Shown here piece after piece: positions 1 through 8,934 of a stretch of DNA of 64,000 nucleotides. Source of the DNA: a virus. Lineage: Duplodnaviria > Caudoviricetes. Within the stretch, counting starts at the first letter, position 1; each line of letters begins with the position of its first letter. The position numbers and the translations under genes are program-made. The DNA lies in IMG/VR virus record IMGVR_UViG_3300025018_000093; one strand, written 5' to 3'. The notes under the pieces were generated by a model. That model ran no database searches, was not told where the DNA came from, and was given only the letters and a program-made list of their open reading frames with translations.

Positions 1-131
1 TTTTTCGAGGGCTTTCGTCGTTTTTGCTCCAAATTGAGTATGCTCGCAGGGAAGAGTGGTTGCATAGCACCTACCCTTCCCTGCCGTTGACCCGGTATAC
101 TAGCACTGGCTGATTTCCCCGAGGTCTGGAG

Positions 132-902
132 ATGCAGAGAGACAAGCTAATCCGATATGGTGTGCTGACAACGACCTCGGACGTGGCCCGAGCATTAGAC
201 CGTGCCGCAAGTCTTGCCCAGGAGAGTGGCTTCAAGATTGACTTCCAAAGGCCATCTCCTACTGAAGACACTCCACCCTCACTGTCGATGATTTCCGCTG
301 GAAGGTGCGTTCACATGCGCGCAGTGTTCCCAGAGGACGTGCCCCTCCCCGTACGTCTGGCGAGTCTCTGGTCTGTCGTGGTACCTCTCCACTTTACCCC
401 CTGGGATAGAGATCCCCTCCCCTCCGCAACGGAGCACGTCTTTCACTATCTTGGTCCCTGGCAAACGCTCTATGAACGCCTCATAGCATCAGGTCTGGGT
501 GAGCATGCTTGGGTCTCTGCTTGCATTGCAGCACAGTGCGACGTGGGTGTCTGGGAGGGAGACCGAGAGGTTGAACGATTTGTGCAGGCACAGCTTCATC
601 GGATAGGTCAGAATCCGGGACCCGTGGATGGTCGGATTGGAGTGCAGACAGTGGCTGCTATCCAGGCTCTGGGGCGGAAGTTCATACAGGATTTGAACCT
701 GCTGGCTGTAGAGCTTGCACAGGAAAAGACAGGTACGCTTACACGAAGCGGCAATCGCTCCTACGGGCATGTGGTCATACCTGAGCGAGAGCTTTCTGTT
801 GCGGCCTTTGGGAAGGTTCGTGCAACAGGTACAACAAACGGAGTTGCTCTGACCGTGGATGGTCCTGGGAGGATCATCATTGACATTGGAGAGAGCAAAT
901 GA
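132..902 (+). CDS. Hypothetical protein with a peptidoglycan-binding-like motif
   Basis: QAQLHRIGQNPGPVDGRIGVQTVAAIQ resembles the PG_binding_1 motif; 256 aa ORF whose stop overlaps the next start (ATGA). Confidence 0.5.
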   Translation: MQRDKLIRYGVLTTTSDVARALDRAASLAQESGFKIDFQRPSPTEDTPPSLSMISAGRCVHMRAVFPEDVPLPVRLASLWSVVVPLHFTPWDRDPLPSATEHVFHYLGPWQTLYERLIASGLGEHAWVSACIAAQCDVGVWEGDREVERFVQAQLHRIGQNPGPVDGRIGVQTVAAIQALGRKFIQDLNLLAVELAQEKTGTLTRSGNRSYGHVVIPERELSVAAFGKVRATGTTNGVALTVDGPGRIIIDIGESK

Positions 903-1264
903 TGGTCTTGTTTCGGTTCTATCTGGAGAGAGCGGGGGATCCGTTCTGGGAAGAAAAGTACAAACGAGGGGAGACGCCCCCAATTCCACGGATGGGGGAG
1001 AAGGTAGCTCTCGGGGATGAGGTGTACATGGTGGTAGAGACCCCCACACATTACTTTGAGCGCACGCATGAGGTCGCTCTGACGTTGAAGCCTTTGCATT
1101 TGGTAGATGAGAGTGGCGAAGTAGTCGATCCTGCGACCCCTGTCTCCCAAGCACTTCCCCCTTCCACAGGCCCACGCACAGCTGAGGGTCTGTGTGCCTA
1201 CTGTGGAGACTCCGAGTGCCCCGGTGGAGAAGAGTGTAACTTCTACGATGGGACTCTGGGATGA
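899..1264 (+). CDS. Hypothetical protein with C-terminal Cys cluster
   Basis: 121 aa, overlaps neighbours at both ends (ATGA); CAYC..C...C near the C-terminus. Confidence 0.6.
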   Translation: MMVLFRFYLERAGDPFWEEKYKRGETPPIPRMGEKVALGDEVYMVVETPTHYFERTHEVALTLKPLHLVDESGEVVDPATPVSQALPPSTGPRTAEGLCAYCGDSECPGGEECNFYDGTLG

Positions 1265-4035
1265 CACAGATACCGGCAGAGCTGGCAGCGATCTACGCAA
1301 AGCTCCAGGGCATTCGCCAGAGGAAAGACCTCAAACTCAGACCCACACATCATCTTGTGGAGACGTTTCGAGGTCTTGATAAGGTCGAGCGTCCCTTGAA
1401 GCTGCGGTACTACCAGGTGCAAGGTGTGTTTCACCTGCTGGCGATGAAACGCTTTGTTCTGGGCGACGATACCGGGCTTGGGAAAACTTTGGAGACTATC
1501 GCAACGCTTTGCTACATCTGGGAAAAGGACCCCCAGCGCAAGGTTGTGATTCTCACGACCAAGTCTGCTGTGAACCAGTGGGCTAAGGAGTTCTCCCGGT
1601 TCACGAGGGAAGTGGACGTGACAGTTGTCAAGGCACTCACTCCAGTGAAGAGGGCCGCCGTGCGAGAAGCCTTCTACACGGCTCAAGGAAGTCATCCGCA
1701 AGTGCTGGTGATGAACTACGCTCTGGCCCGGACAGACTTCTCGTTTCTCCAAGAGTGGACAGATTACGTCCTGATTCTGGATGAATGCTTCCACTATCAC
1801 ACTCCGGTTACTTTGGCGGATGGCACGATGGAGCTGATCGGGAAAATTGTATCCCAGAGACAGCCTGTTGAAGTGTTATCCTGGAATGTCGAGAAGGGCT
1901 GCGTAGAACCTTGTAAGGTCGTCGATTGGCATCGAAATCCGTTGGTACGAGGCAGCCGGAAAAGTCTTTTGAGTCTCTCGTTTCAGTATGGGGGCAACGT
2001 CCGGGTGACTCGGAACCATAAGTTTGCTCTTCTTGACGGGACTGAAGTGGAGGCAGGTAAGCTTCAAAAGGGAAGTTCCGTTTCTTTTCTCTGCCAGAGC
2101 ACCCCCACGAAAGAGCAGTGGCAGATAGTTCTGGGCGGCCTTCTCGGGGATTCCTGTCTTTCACACCCGGATCGAACTCTCTCCGGCGTGGTTTTCTGTC
2201 ATTCTGAAAAACAACAGACCTACCTGGAATACAAGAGAGAGGTTCTGTCTTCGCTGGGGGTCTCTGAGATCCGATTCGAGCCCTCCGGGTATAATGCGGA
2301 CGCGGCGAAGGTGGGGCGATTTCGTTTACATGGAAATCCAGCTTTAGCTTCCTTTTTCGAGTCGGCTAGGATCTGGTCGGGTAAGAGAAAAAGAGTAACC
2401 TTATCGTGGCTGGACCGCATTAACCCTCTCGGGCTTGCTGTTTGGTATGCTGACGATGGGTCTTTAAGCACGCACACCACCCTTGAAGGAGTAGATAGAT
2501 ACAGTATTTCGATACACACTTCTGGGTTCTCCCTCGCAGAGCAAGAGCTTTTATGTGGGTGGCTCAGATGGAAATGGGGAGTTCATGCAGAGATTAAGAG
2601 CACGAAAGAAAGATCGGACAGAGAGGGTGTTTCACGGAAATCCTACCCGTACCTGTACCTTCCGCATGACTCTGCGGTGCTATTCCTATCTCTGCTCCCA
2701 GGAGCTTTCCCCGGAGTGGAATACAAGTTTCCTGGCCGGAATCTGCTAAACTTAGGGTTGCAAACTCCTGTGCTCTCGCTAATACTCGATCACGTTGTCG
2801 AAAAGAAGGTCTGGGAGCCGGCGGGAAACAGTTCCAAGTACGTGTACAATTTGGAAGTTGAGGGAAATCACAACTACTTTGCGAATGGGCTACTGGTTAC
2901 CAACTGCACCGCCGTCAAGAATCCTAGTGCCCAGATACACAAGGTCTGCAAACATCTAGCGGGAAAAGCCCAGCGGGTGTGGGGTCTCACTGCAACACTC
3001 ATCAAGAACAACCTGATTGAAGGGTACGGCATCTACAAAGTAGTTGCTCCCTGGGTGTTCGAGATGAGCAAGACAGACTTCATGCGTCATTTTTGCGTGA
3101 CGAAGATGCAGCGGATTGCGGGAAGCAATCGCCAAATCCCTGTTGTGGTGGGGTACCGTAAGAAAGACATTCTCCGATTCAAAGAGACCATTGACCCCTA
3201 CTTCATTGGGAGAGCCAAGCACGATGTTGACGATGAGCTTCCCACACTTCTCTGCCATCAGGTGGATGTGGGGCTCACCAGTGCCCAGCAGGAGCTATAT
3301 GCGGAAGCTTTGTCTGGGGTGCTCCAGGTGGGGGAGGGGGACAACGCCGACCACAAGGAGGTTTCCCAGCTCACTGCAATCATCTACTGCCAGCAGGTAG
3401 TGAACCATCCGAGTTTGCTTTCTCGGGAGGGGGACTCCAAGAAGTTCGAGGCTCTCCTCGATATGCTTACAGAGGGAGACTTAGCGGACGAGAAAGTGAT
3501 CGTGTTCTCTCGGTTCCGCAAGATGATTGATCTCATCGCCCCGGCGCTGAATGCTCGACACAAGGGCAAGAAGAAGTATTGTGTGCGTATCACTGGGGCG
3601 GAGACCTCTTTGGAACGAGAGGAAGCGCAGGATGCTTTCCAGGACTTGGAGTCGGATACACGGGTGGTCTGCATTACGATGGCGGGGTCGGATGCGATCA
3701 ACTTGCAAGCCGCTAAGGCGATCATCTTCTATGACACCCCTTGGTCTGCAGGAGACTATTTGCAGATTTTGGGTCGAATGATTCGAATTGGTTCTCTGCA
3801 CAAGAGTGTCTTTGCCATCCACCTTATCTCCCGTGATACCGTAGACGACCGCGTGATGGCGGTGCTACTCTCCAAGATGGGACTCGTCGAAAGCGTGCTC
3901 GGGAAAAAGCTCAAGGGCTTGGAAAATGATGGGGACCCCTTCCAGATCGCTCAGGAGAGTGGGACCAAACAATTGTTCGAGTCTCTTTGGGAAGACGCTT
4001 CGAAGCTAGCAAAGAGGGCGAAGGGTGGAGTATAA
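1261..4035 (+). CDS. SNF2-family (SF2) helicase/ATPase with one intein
   Basis: Walker A GDDTGLGKT, DE-C motif II split by an intein, LTAT motif III, FSRF, NLQAA, QILGRMIRIG motif VI. Confidence 0.93.
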   Translation: MTQIPAELAAIYAKLQGIRQRKDLKLRPTHHLVETFRGLDKVERPLKLRYYQVQGVFHLLAMKRFVLGDDTGLGKTLETIATLCYIWEKDPQRKVVILTTKSAVNQWAKEFSRFTREVDVTVVKALTPVKRAAVREAFYTAQGSHPQVLVMNYALARTDFSFLQEWTDYVLILDECFHYHTPVTLADGTMELIGKIVSQRQPVEVLSWNVEKGCVEPCKVVDWHRNPLVRGSRKSLLSLSFQYGGNVRVTRNHKFALLDGTEVEAGKLQKGSSVSFLCQSTPTKEQWQIVLGGLLGDSCLSHPDRTLSGVVFCHSEKQQTYLEYKREVLSSLGVSEIRFEPSGYNADAAKVGRFRLHGNPALASFFESARIWSGKRKRVTLSWLDRINPLGLAVWYADDGSLSTHTTLEGVDRYSISIHTSGFSLAEQELLCGWLRWKWGVHAEIKSTKERSDREGVSRKSYPYLYLPHDSAVLFLSLLPGAFPGVEYKFPGRNLLNLGLQTPVLSLILDHVVEKKVWEPAGNSSKYVYNLEVEGNHNYFANGLLVTNCTAVKNPSAQIHKVCKHLAGKAQRVWGLTATLIKNNLIEGYGIYKVVAPWVFEMSKTDFMRHFCVTKMQRIAGSNRQIPVVVGYRKKDILRFKETIDPYFIGRAKHDVDDELPTLLCHQVDVGLTSAQQELYAEALSGVLQVGEGDNADHKEVSQLTAIIYCQQVVNHPSLLSREGDSKKFEALLDMLTEGDLADEKVIVFSRFRKMIDLIAPALNARHKGKKKYCVRITGAETSLEREEAQDAFQDLESDTRVVCITMAGSDAINLQAAKAIIFYDTPWSAGDYLQILGRMIRIGSLHKSVFAIHLISRDTVDDRVMAVLLSKMGLVESVLGKKLKGLENDGDPFQIAQESGTKQLFESLWEDASKLAKRAKGGV
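1786..2904 (+). mobile_element. Intein (373 aa) with LAGLIDADG homing endonuclease, in SNF2 motif II
   Basis: Starts CFHYHTPVTLADG after LILDE; LGGLLGDS and WYADDGS blocks; ends YNLEVEGNHNYFANGLLVTN followed by Cys+1. Confidence 0.93.
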
Positions 4036-4073
4036 CCTTCGGGAAGTGCTGGAGACCCTTTCGGTAAGGTGGT

Positions 4074-5039
4074 TTGATGACAAAGCGAGTTCCCTTTGAC
4101 AAGACAGGGACGCCTGTTCGCAACGCAGACTACGCGCCCACGTATGACTACGTGGGGGATGGTAAACGAGATTGTCCAGATTGCGGGGGTCGCGGAGTGG
4201 TGCGTGTGAAGGAGGAAAATTGCAAAACTCCGGTCTTCATGAACTGCCGCTGCGTGCAAGCTCGTATCGTTGCCTACAACGTGGAGAGGGCCTGGAAAGG
4301 TTTGATGCGAGCACCCCGTATTGAATCCTCCCCACTGCTGGAGTACACGAGATCAAACATGTGGGTGCGCGGGCGCCAGCTAACTTTCCAGAAACACCTG
4401 AAGCACGTAGCTATTCGGCACATCGCCAAGTACGGTCCTTGGTTTTTCAAGGTGGCTACTGACGCAGACCTGATAACCGCCTGGCTGGCGACCACCATCC
4501 TGCGGGGTGGGGAGATTTACGACCCCGATGCGCAGAACCCCTCTATGGAGCACTTGACCCTAGTGGACCTGATACTCCCTCCTGACCTGCTGATCATCCA
4601 TCTGGGCATCAAAAGAGCATCCAACAAAGAGATGGCGGGGGTTCTGCACGAAGCTTTGTCCACGAGATACCATGAGGACAAACCCACATGGTTGTTTGAC
4701 CAACCCTATGCTCCCCTCGCTCCCGGCCACCTCTGCTACGATATGTCCCTGGAGGACTCCCTGGCAATGTGGGGGTACAAGGGTCCTGTGCAGATTGGAG
4801 CAGAGGAAGAGGACGTGCCCAAGTATGGGTTCTTCGAGCTTCATGGGGGAGACGAGGGTGAGACTGAGGAACCGACCCCGGTACGAAAGTCAACGTCGCG
4901 GGGTACAGCGGAAGAGAGTGGGGGCGGTGACCTCTCGGAAGCCTTCTTCGGGGGTGGGACCGCTCCCAGGTACAATAACGAGAGTGAGGGCAAGAGTAAG
5001 GGCAAGAGTAAGGGCAAGGGCGGTAAGGGACAGCGATAA
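4074..5039 (+). CDS. DnaC/IstB-like protein, possible helicase loader with degenerate ATPase
   Basis: N-terminal CPDC...CRC Zn finger; PDLLIIHLG strand then KPTW; directly upstream of DnaB; no clear Walker A. Confidence 0.5.
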   Translation: MMTKRVPFDKTGTPVRNADYAPTYDYVGDGKRDCPDCGGRGVVRVKEENCKTPVFMNCRCVQARIVAYNVERAWKGLMRAPRIESSPLLEYTRSNMWVRGRQLTFQKHLKHVAIRHIAKYGPWFFKVATDADLITAWLATTILRGGEIYDPDAQNPSMEHLTLVDLILPPDLLIIHLGIKRASNKEMAGVLHEALSTRYHEDKPTWLFDQPYAPLAPGHLCYDMSLEDSLAMWGYKGPVQIGAEEEDVPKYGFFELHGGDEGETEEPTPVRKSTSRGTAEESGGGDLSEAFFGGGTAPRYNNESEGKSKGKSKGKGGKGQR

Positions 5040-5051
5040 CGAGGAGAAGGG

Positions 5052-7865
5052 ATGCAAACTTTACTTCGCTCAACCTTCAGAGCGGACCCACGAGATGATG
5101 CTAACTTGCTCCTGAGCAATGCTCTGGAGTTACGGCAAGCCAGGCTAGAGTTCCTCACCCCGGAGCACTCTGCTGTGTGGTCGTTCGTGGAGGCGTTTGT
5201 CTCCGACCACAACCATGTGCCCGATATCTCTTCCCTGCAACTCCACTTCACGCAAACGGAGCCGGACCCCGACGTTATCAATCAGCTCCAGCTACTTCGT
5301 AGTCTGCCTGCCATCACACGCGGGGACTTCAAGAAACGACTGACGATCAAGGTAGAGGAGCTTAAGACAAGAGAGGTAGAGGAGCTTCTCAGTTACGCCA
5401 ACATCATCAATCGCAAGGGGGTCGAGGAGAAGGAAGAGGGGCAACGGGGTCGCGGGAGAATCCTGAAGGGGTATCGAGATGCACTGCAGCATATCACTCG
5501 GAAGTCCCTGGACATTATCCGGCCCACTGCGGGTGTTCGCAAGGAAGGTGAGGTCACGACTGACACGCACCTGTTCATTGAGGATTACGACCGCAGAAAG
5601 AACGATCCAACATATGGCAAGGGACAGCTCTGCGGGCTTCCGCAGATAGATGAAACTACGGGTGGAGCGAGAAAGGACCAGCTCTGGACACATGCTGCCT
5701 TCACGGGAGAGCTGAAGTGCTTGACCTCAGAGACCCTTATTCAGGATGCGGAGACAGGTACTTTTTCTACTATTGAGGAACTATACAGGGGAGGACTTCG
5801 TCCCTTGGTACAATGCCTTGATGAAGTAAAGTGGGAAACAACGTATGCTCGTGTGGGGCATGTCGAGCAGAATGCCAGGGTACCAATTTTCAAGATTACG
5901 ACTAACGCAGGTCGGGTGATTAGGGCATCGGGTAACCATCCTTTCCTGACCGTAACGGGATGGAAAAATGCGGAGGACCTCAATACAGAGCAGGACTTCC
6001 TGGCTATCCCTGAGAAGTGGTCTACCCTCCCCTTAGAGAGTACCCTTCGGGATGAGGAAGTGAAACTTCTCGGCTATCTCCTCGGAGATGGATGCCTGAA
6101 GGGGTACATCGACTTTACCAACACCAACCCCAGCATCCAGGAGGACTTTGTCCAATGTTTGGAGGCTTTGGGATACGCAGAACGTACACAAGCAAATGTA
6201 AATCAGCCCACGTACCATTGTATTGCAGACCGTTCGTGCTACCGAGTCTCGCATAACCTTGGGGATCGCTTTCATCCTAACCGTGTTTCTCCGCTGAGAG
6301 TTCTTCTGGAGAATCTCGGCCTTTGGGGTCGGGGATCTTACGAGAAACACATTCCAAGGACTCTTTGGCAAACATCCGATGCACAGATTTGGATGCTTTT
6401 AGGGGCGCTTTGGGCGACGGATGGAAGCATTTCTACCCGGAGGTACTGCGGGAAGCGCAAGGTAAATCTTTACTATGCCTCCGTGAGTGAGAGCCTCGCT
6501 CGGGATGTGTATCACCTTCTGCACCGTGTAGGTGTACAAGCAACCGTTCGACGGCATGCCTTGCAGTACAAAAATAGTACCAGACATTGCTGGCAGGTCA
6601 AAGTCATGTCCTGTTCCTGGTGGAGGTTTCTAACCTACTGCCACCCGGCAGGTAAGGTCGATCAAATGGCTACTGTTTTGGAGGTACTCTCGAAAGAACA
6701 GAGAGACCCTCGTATGCCATCCTCTTTGCTGAAAGATGTGGATGATAGTGTTCGCTGGTGGACCAAAGCAGGGGGGTGGAGATACGCCCGCTGGGCAAAG
6801 AGACGCAAGACCCTGTTGCGAGGAACCCTACACGAGGTGGCTAAGAAACTTGGAAGTGCAGAGTTGCTTCGTAAATGTGAGGGAGATATTCTTTGGGAGA
6901 AGGTTGAATCTGTCGACCCCGATGGTGTCGAGATGACATATGATCTGAGTGTTCCTGCGGTTGGGAACTTTGTGGCAAATGGATTCCTCGTCCACAACAG
7001 TACGTTTGCTTTCAACTGGGTCTACAACCAGGCCATCTACTTTGGTGAGAGTTCCTGCTACTTCAGCCTGGAAATGCCCTATGAGCAGTGTCAGCGCATC
7101 ATCTACACGATGCATTCCATGCACGAGAAGTTTCGTGACGTGCGGATGGCATTGGGACTACAGAAGGATCCCGATAATGCTGTTCCTCTGACCTACCATT
7201 ACATCCGGGATGGGAAGTTGCCCCCGAATGAGGAGCGTTTCCTGAAGGAGTTCGTGCTGCCCGACCTGGAGGAGGGGGCCGCCAACGGAATCTATGGGAA
7301 GATGCACTTCCGAGGGTATGACCCTGACAGTGATTACTTCCGCATCTCCGATATGCGAGCGAAGGCAGAGACGCTGTACCGGGAGAGTTCTTTCTCTCTT
7401 CTGGTCGCAGACCACGTTCTCTTGATTGACGCCAAGAAAAACCATCGAAGCACGACGGAGTCTGCCAATGAGGTAGTGCGGGATCTGAAAAAGCTCTCCG
7501 AGGTCTTCAATGCTGGCGAGGGCATTGCTGTTCTGGCGTTGTTTCAAATCAGTCGTGAGGGAAAGAAGAGGGCGGACAAGGCTGAGGGACGGTACAGCCT
7601 ATACGATCTGTCCTACTCGAATGAGATTGAGCGCAGCAGCGATGTTATCACGGGCAGCTACCTGAACGATGAGCTTCGCAAACGATGCCGTGCCTTGTTC
7701 CAATTCTTGAAGTCCAGAGACGGTGGGATGTGTGACCCCTTCTACACTCGCGTCGACTGGCCCTCTCGCATGCTGTTCACCTGTCATGAACGGCCCGGGA
7801 CGGAAGCAGAGTCTGTGGTAGAGGAAGTAGAGGGTACTCTCTATGAGGAGCTATTTGACCCCTGA
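5052..7865 (+). CDS. dnaB: DnaB-like replicative helicase with one intein
   Basis: P-loop AAFTGELK|ST split by intein; YFSLEM, LVADH, LALFQISREG, SNEIERSSDV. Confidence 0.85.
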   Translation: MQTLLRSTFRADPRDDANLLLSNALELRQARLEFLTPEHSAVWSFVEAFVSDHNHVPDISSLQLHFTQTEPDPDVINQLQLLRSLPAITRGDFKKRLTIKVEELKTREVEELLSYANIINRKGVEEKEEGQRGRGRILKGYRDALQHITRKSLDIIRPTAGVRKEGEVTTDTHLFIEDYDRRKNDPTYGKGQLCGLPQIDETTGGARKDQLWTHAAFTGELKCLTSETLIQDAETGTFSTIEELYRGGLRPLVQCLDEVKWETTYARVGHVEQNARVPIFKITTNAGRVIRASGNHPFLTVTGWKNAEDLNTEQDFLAIPEKWSTLPLESTLRDEEVKLLGYLLGDGCLKGYIDFTNTNPSIQEDFVQCLEALGYAERTQANVNQPTYHCIADRSCYRVSHNLGDRFHPNRVSPLRVLLENLGLWGRGSYEKHIPRTLWQTSDAQIWMLLGALWATDGSISTRRYCGKRKVNLYYASVSESLARDVYHLLHRVGVQATVRRHALQYKNSTRHCWQVKVMSCSWWRFLTYCHPAGKVDQMATVLEVLSKEQRDPRMPSSLLKDVDDSVRWWTKAGGWRYARWAKRRKTLLRGTLHEVAKKLGSAELLRKCEGDILWEKVESVDPDGVEMTYDLSVPAVGNFVANGFLVHNSTFAFNWVYNQAIYFGESSCYFSLEMPYEQCQRIIYTMHSMHEKFRDVRMALGLQKDPDNAVPLTYHYIRDGKLPPNEERFLKEFVLPDLEEGAANGIYGKMHFRGYDPDSDYFRISDMRAKAETLYRESSFSLLVADHVLLIDAKKNHRSTTESANEVVRDLKKLSEVFNAGEGIAVLALFQISREGKKRADKAEGRYSLYDLSYSNEIERSSDVITGSYLNDELRKRCRALFQFLKSRDGGMCDPFYTRVDWPSRMLFTCHERPGTEAESVVEEVEGTLYEELFDP
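5718..6998 (+). mobile_element. Intein (427 aa) with LAGLIDADG endonuclease, in DnaB P-loop
   Basis: CLTSETLIQ start, SGNHPF block B, LGYLLGDG and LWATDGS, ends YDLSVPAVGNFVANGFLVHN followed by Ser+1. Confidence 0.95.
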
Positions 7866-8497
7866 TGCATGCCGAAGATGTAAAAGGTAGGATCAAGGAG
7901 AGAGTTGCCCGTATCCACAAGCATGTTCCGATCCTGGAGGTGCTTGCTCGTTACGGGTACACCATCCATGAGGATGCCGAAGGACGAGAGCAGCAGTTCT
8001 CCTGTGACTTGCATGGAGATGGGCAGGACGGGAAGCCCTCCGCAAGAGTGTACCCTGCTTCCGCCTCCTGGTATTGCTTTGGGTGCAGTCTTTCTCGGGA
8101 TGCTATCAAGACAGTGCAGGAGAAAGAGGGCCTTAGCTTCAGCCAGGCATGCTACAAGATTGAAGAGCGATTCAACCTCCCACACCCGGCAAACTGGAAC
8201 ACAGGTGACTGGGACCAGGGGGAACGCTCAGAAGAAAACCCTGGAGACGTCATTAGGATTGACGAGACGACGACTTTCGAGTCCGAGGAAAGACAGACAG
8301 GGAACTTGCTCCTGTACTTGACGCGGGAGCGAATCTTGGAAAGGAAAGTTTGCCTGCTTCTCTGGGAGTTGTACGACCGAGCAGTCTGGAGTGTCCACAA
8401 GGAAGTTTGGTCGGAATCCCGTGGAAAGGAGGCTGTGGCGAAATTGCGAGCAAAGGCGATAGCGTTGGGCGCAAAGGCCCTGCAGGAGGCGTCGTGA
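7865..8497 (+). CDS. Stand-alone primase-type CHC2 zinc-finger protein
   Basis: FSCDLHGDGQDGKPSARVY...WYCFGC...DAIKTVQEKEGLSFSQA matches the DnaG Zn-binding domain; no TOPRIM domain follows. Confidence 0.8.
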   Translation: MHAEDVKGRIKERVARIHKHVPILEVLARYGYTIHEDAEGREQQFSCDLHGDGQDGKPSARVYPASASWYCFGCSLSRDAIKTVQEKEGLSFSQACYKIEERFNLPHPANWNTGDWDQGERSEENPGDVIRIDETTTFESEERQTGNLLLYLTRERILERKVCLLLWELYDRAVWSVHKEVWSESRGKEAVAKLRAKAIALGAKALQEAS

Positions 8498-8934
8498 GTG
8501 GACTCGTGCCGCTTCAAGTTGAAATCGACGCCTGGGGTACGTTTCGCTTCCTCCGTGCCCTTCCACAACGAGACAATGATTGGGGGTGTCTTGCTTTTTT
8601 CCAAGGTACCCCTTGGGAACGAATCGTAACTGTCGTACCAGGGGAAGCGCTCTCCCATGCACTTCAGGGTCACCCGTGGCCTCTTCTTAGGAGTCTAGGA
8701 CCGAGCCCGGATGAGCTTTGCAAGCAGCTCCCCCCGGAAACGGGGTGTGCTTATCTCCTCGACAAGAGTTGCCACACAAGGGATGCCAAGCGTTGCCTTC
8801 CCGGAAGTAAACTCCCAACTTGCTACAAGTCGACGTTGGAAGGGGAGCAAGCAATTGTAGTCTATGAGGTCGCTCTTGCACTACGTGAGGGGCGCTACAT
8901 TCTTGTCACCGAAGGGAAAACCTTCACGTTGTGA
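8494..8934 (+). CDS. Hypothetical Cys-containing protein
   Basis: GTG start overlaps upstream TGA; stop overlaps polymerase start. Confidence 0.6.
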   Translation: MSGLVPLQVEIDAWGTFRFLRALPQRDNDWGCLAFFQGTPWERIVTVVPGEALSHALQGHPWPLLRSLGPSPDELCKQLPPETGCAYLLDKSCHTRDAKRCLPGSKLPTCYKSTLEGEQAIVVYEVALALREGRYILVTEGKTFTL

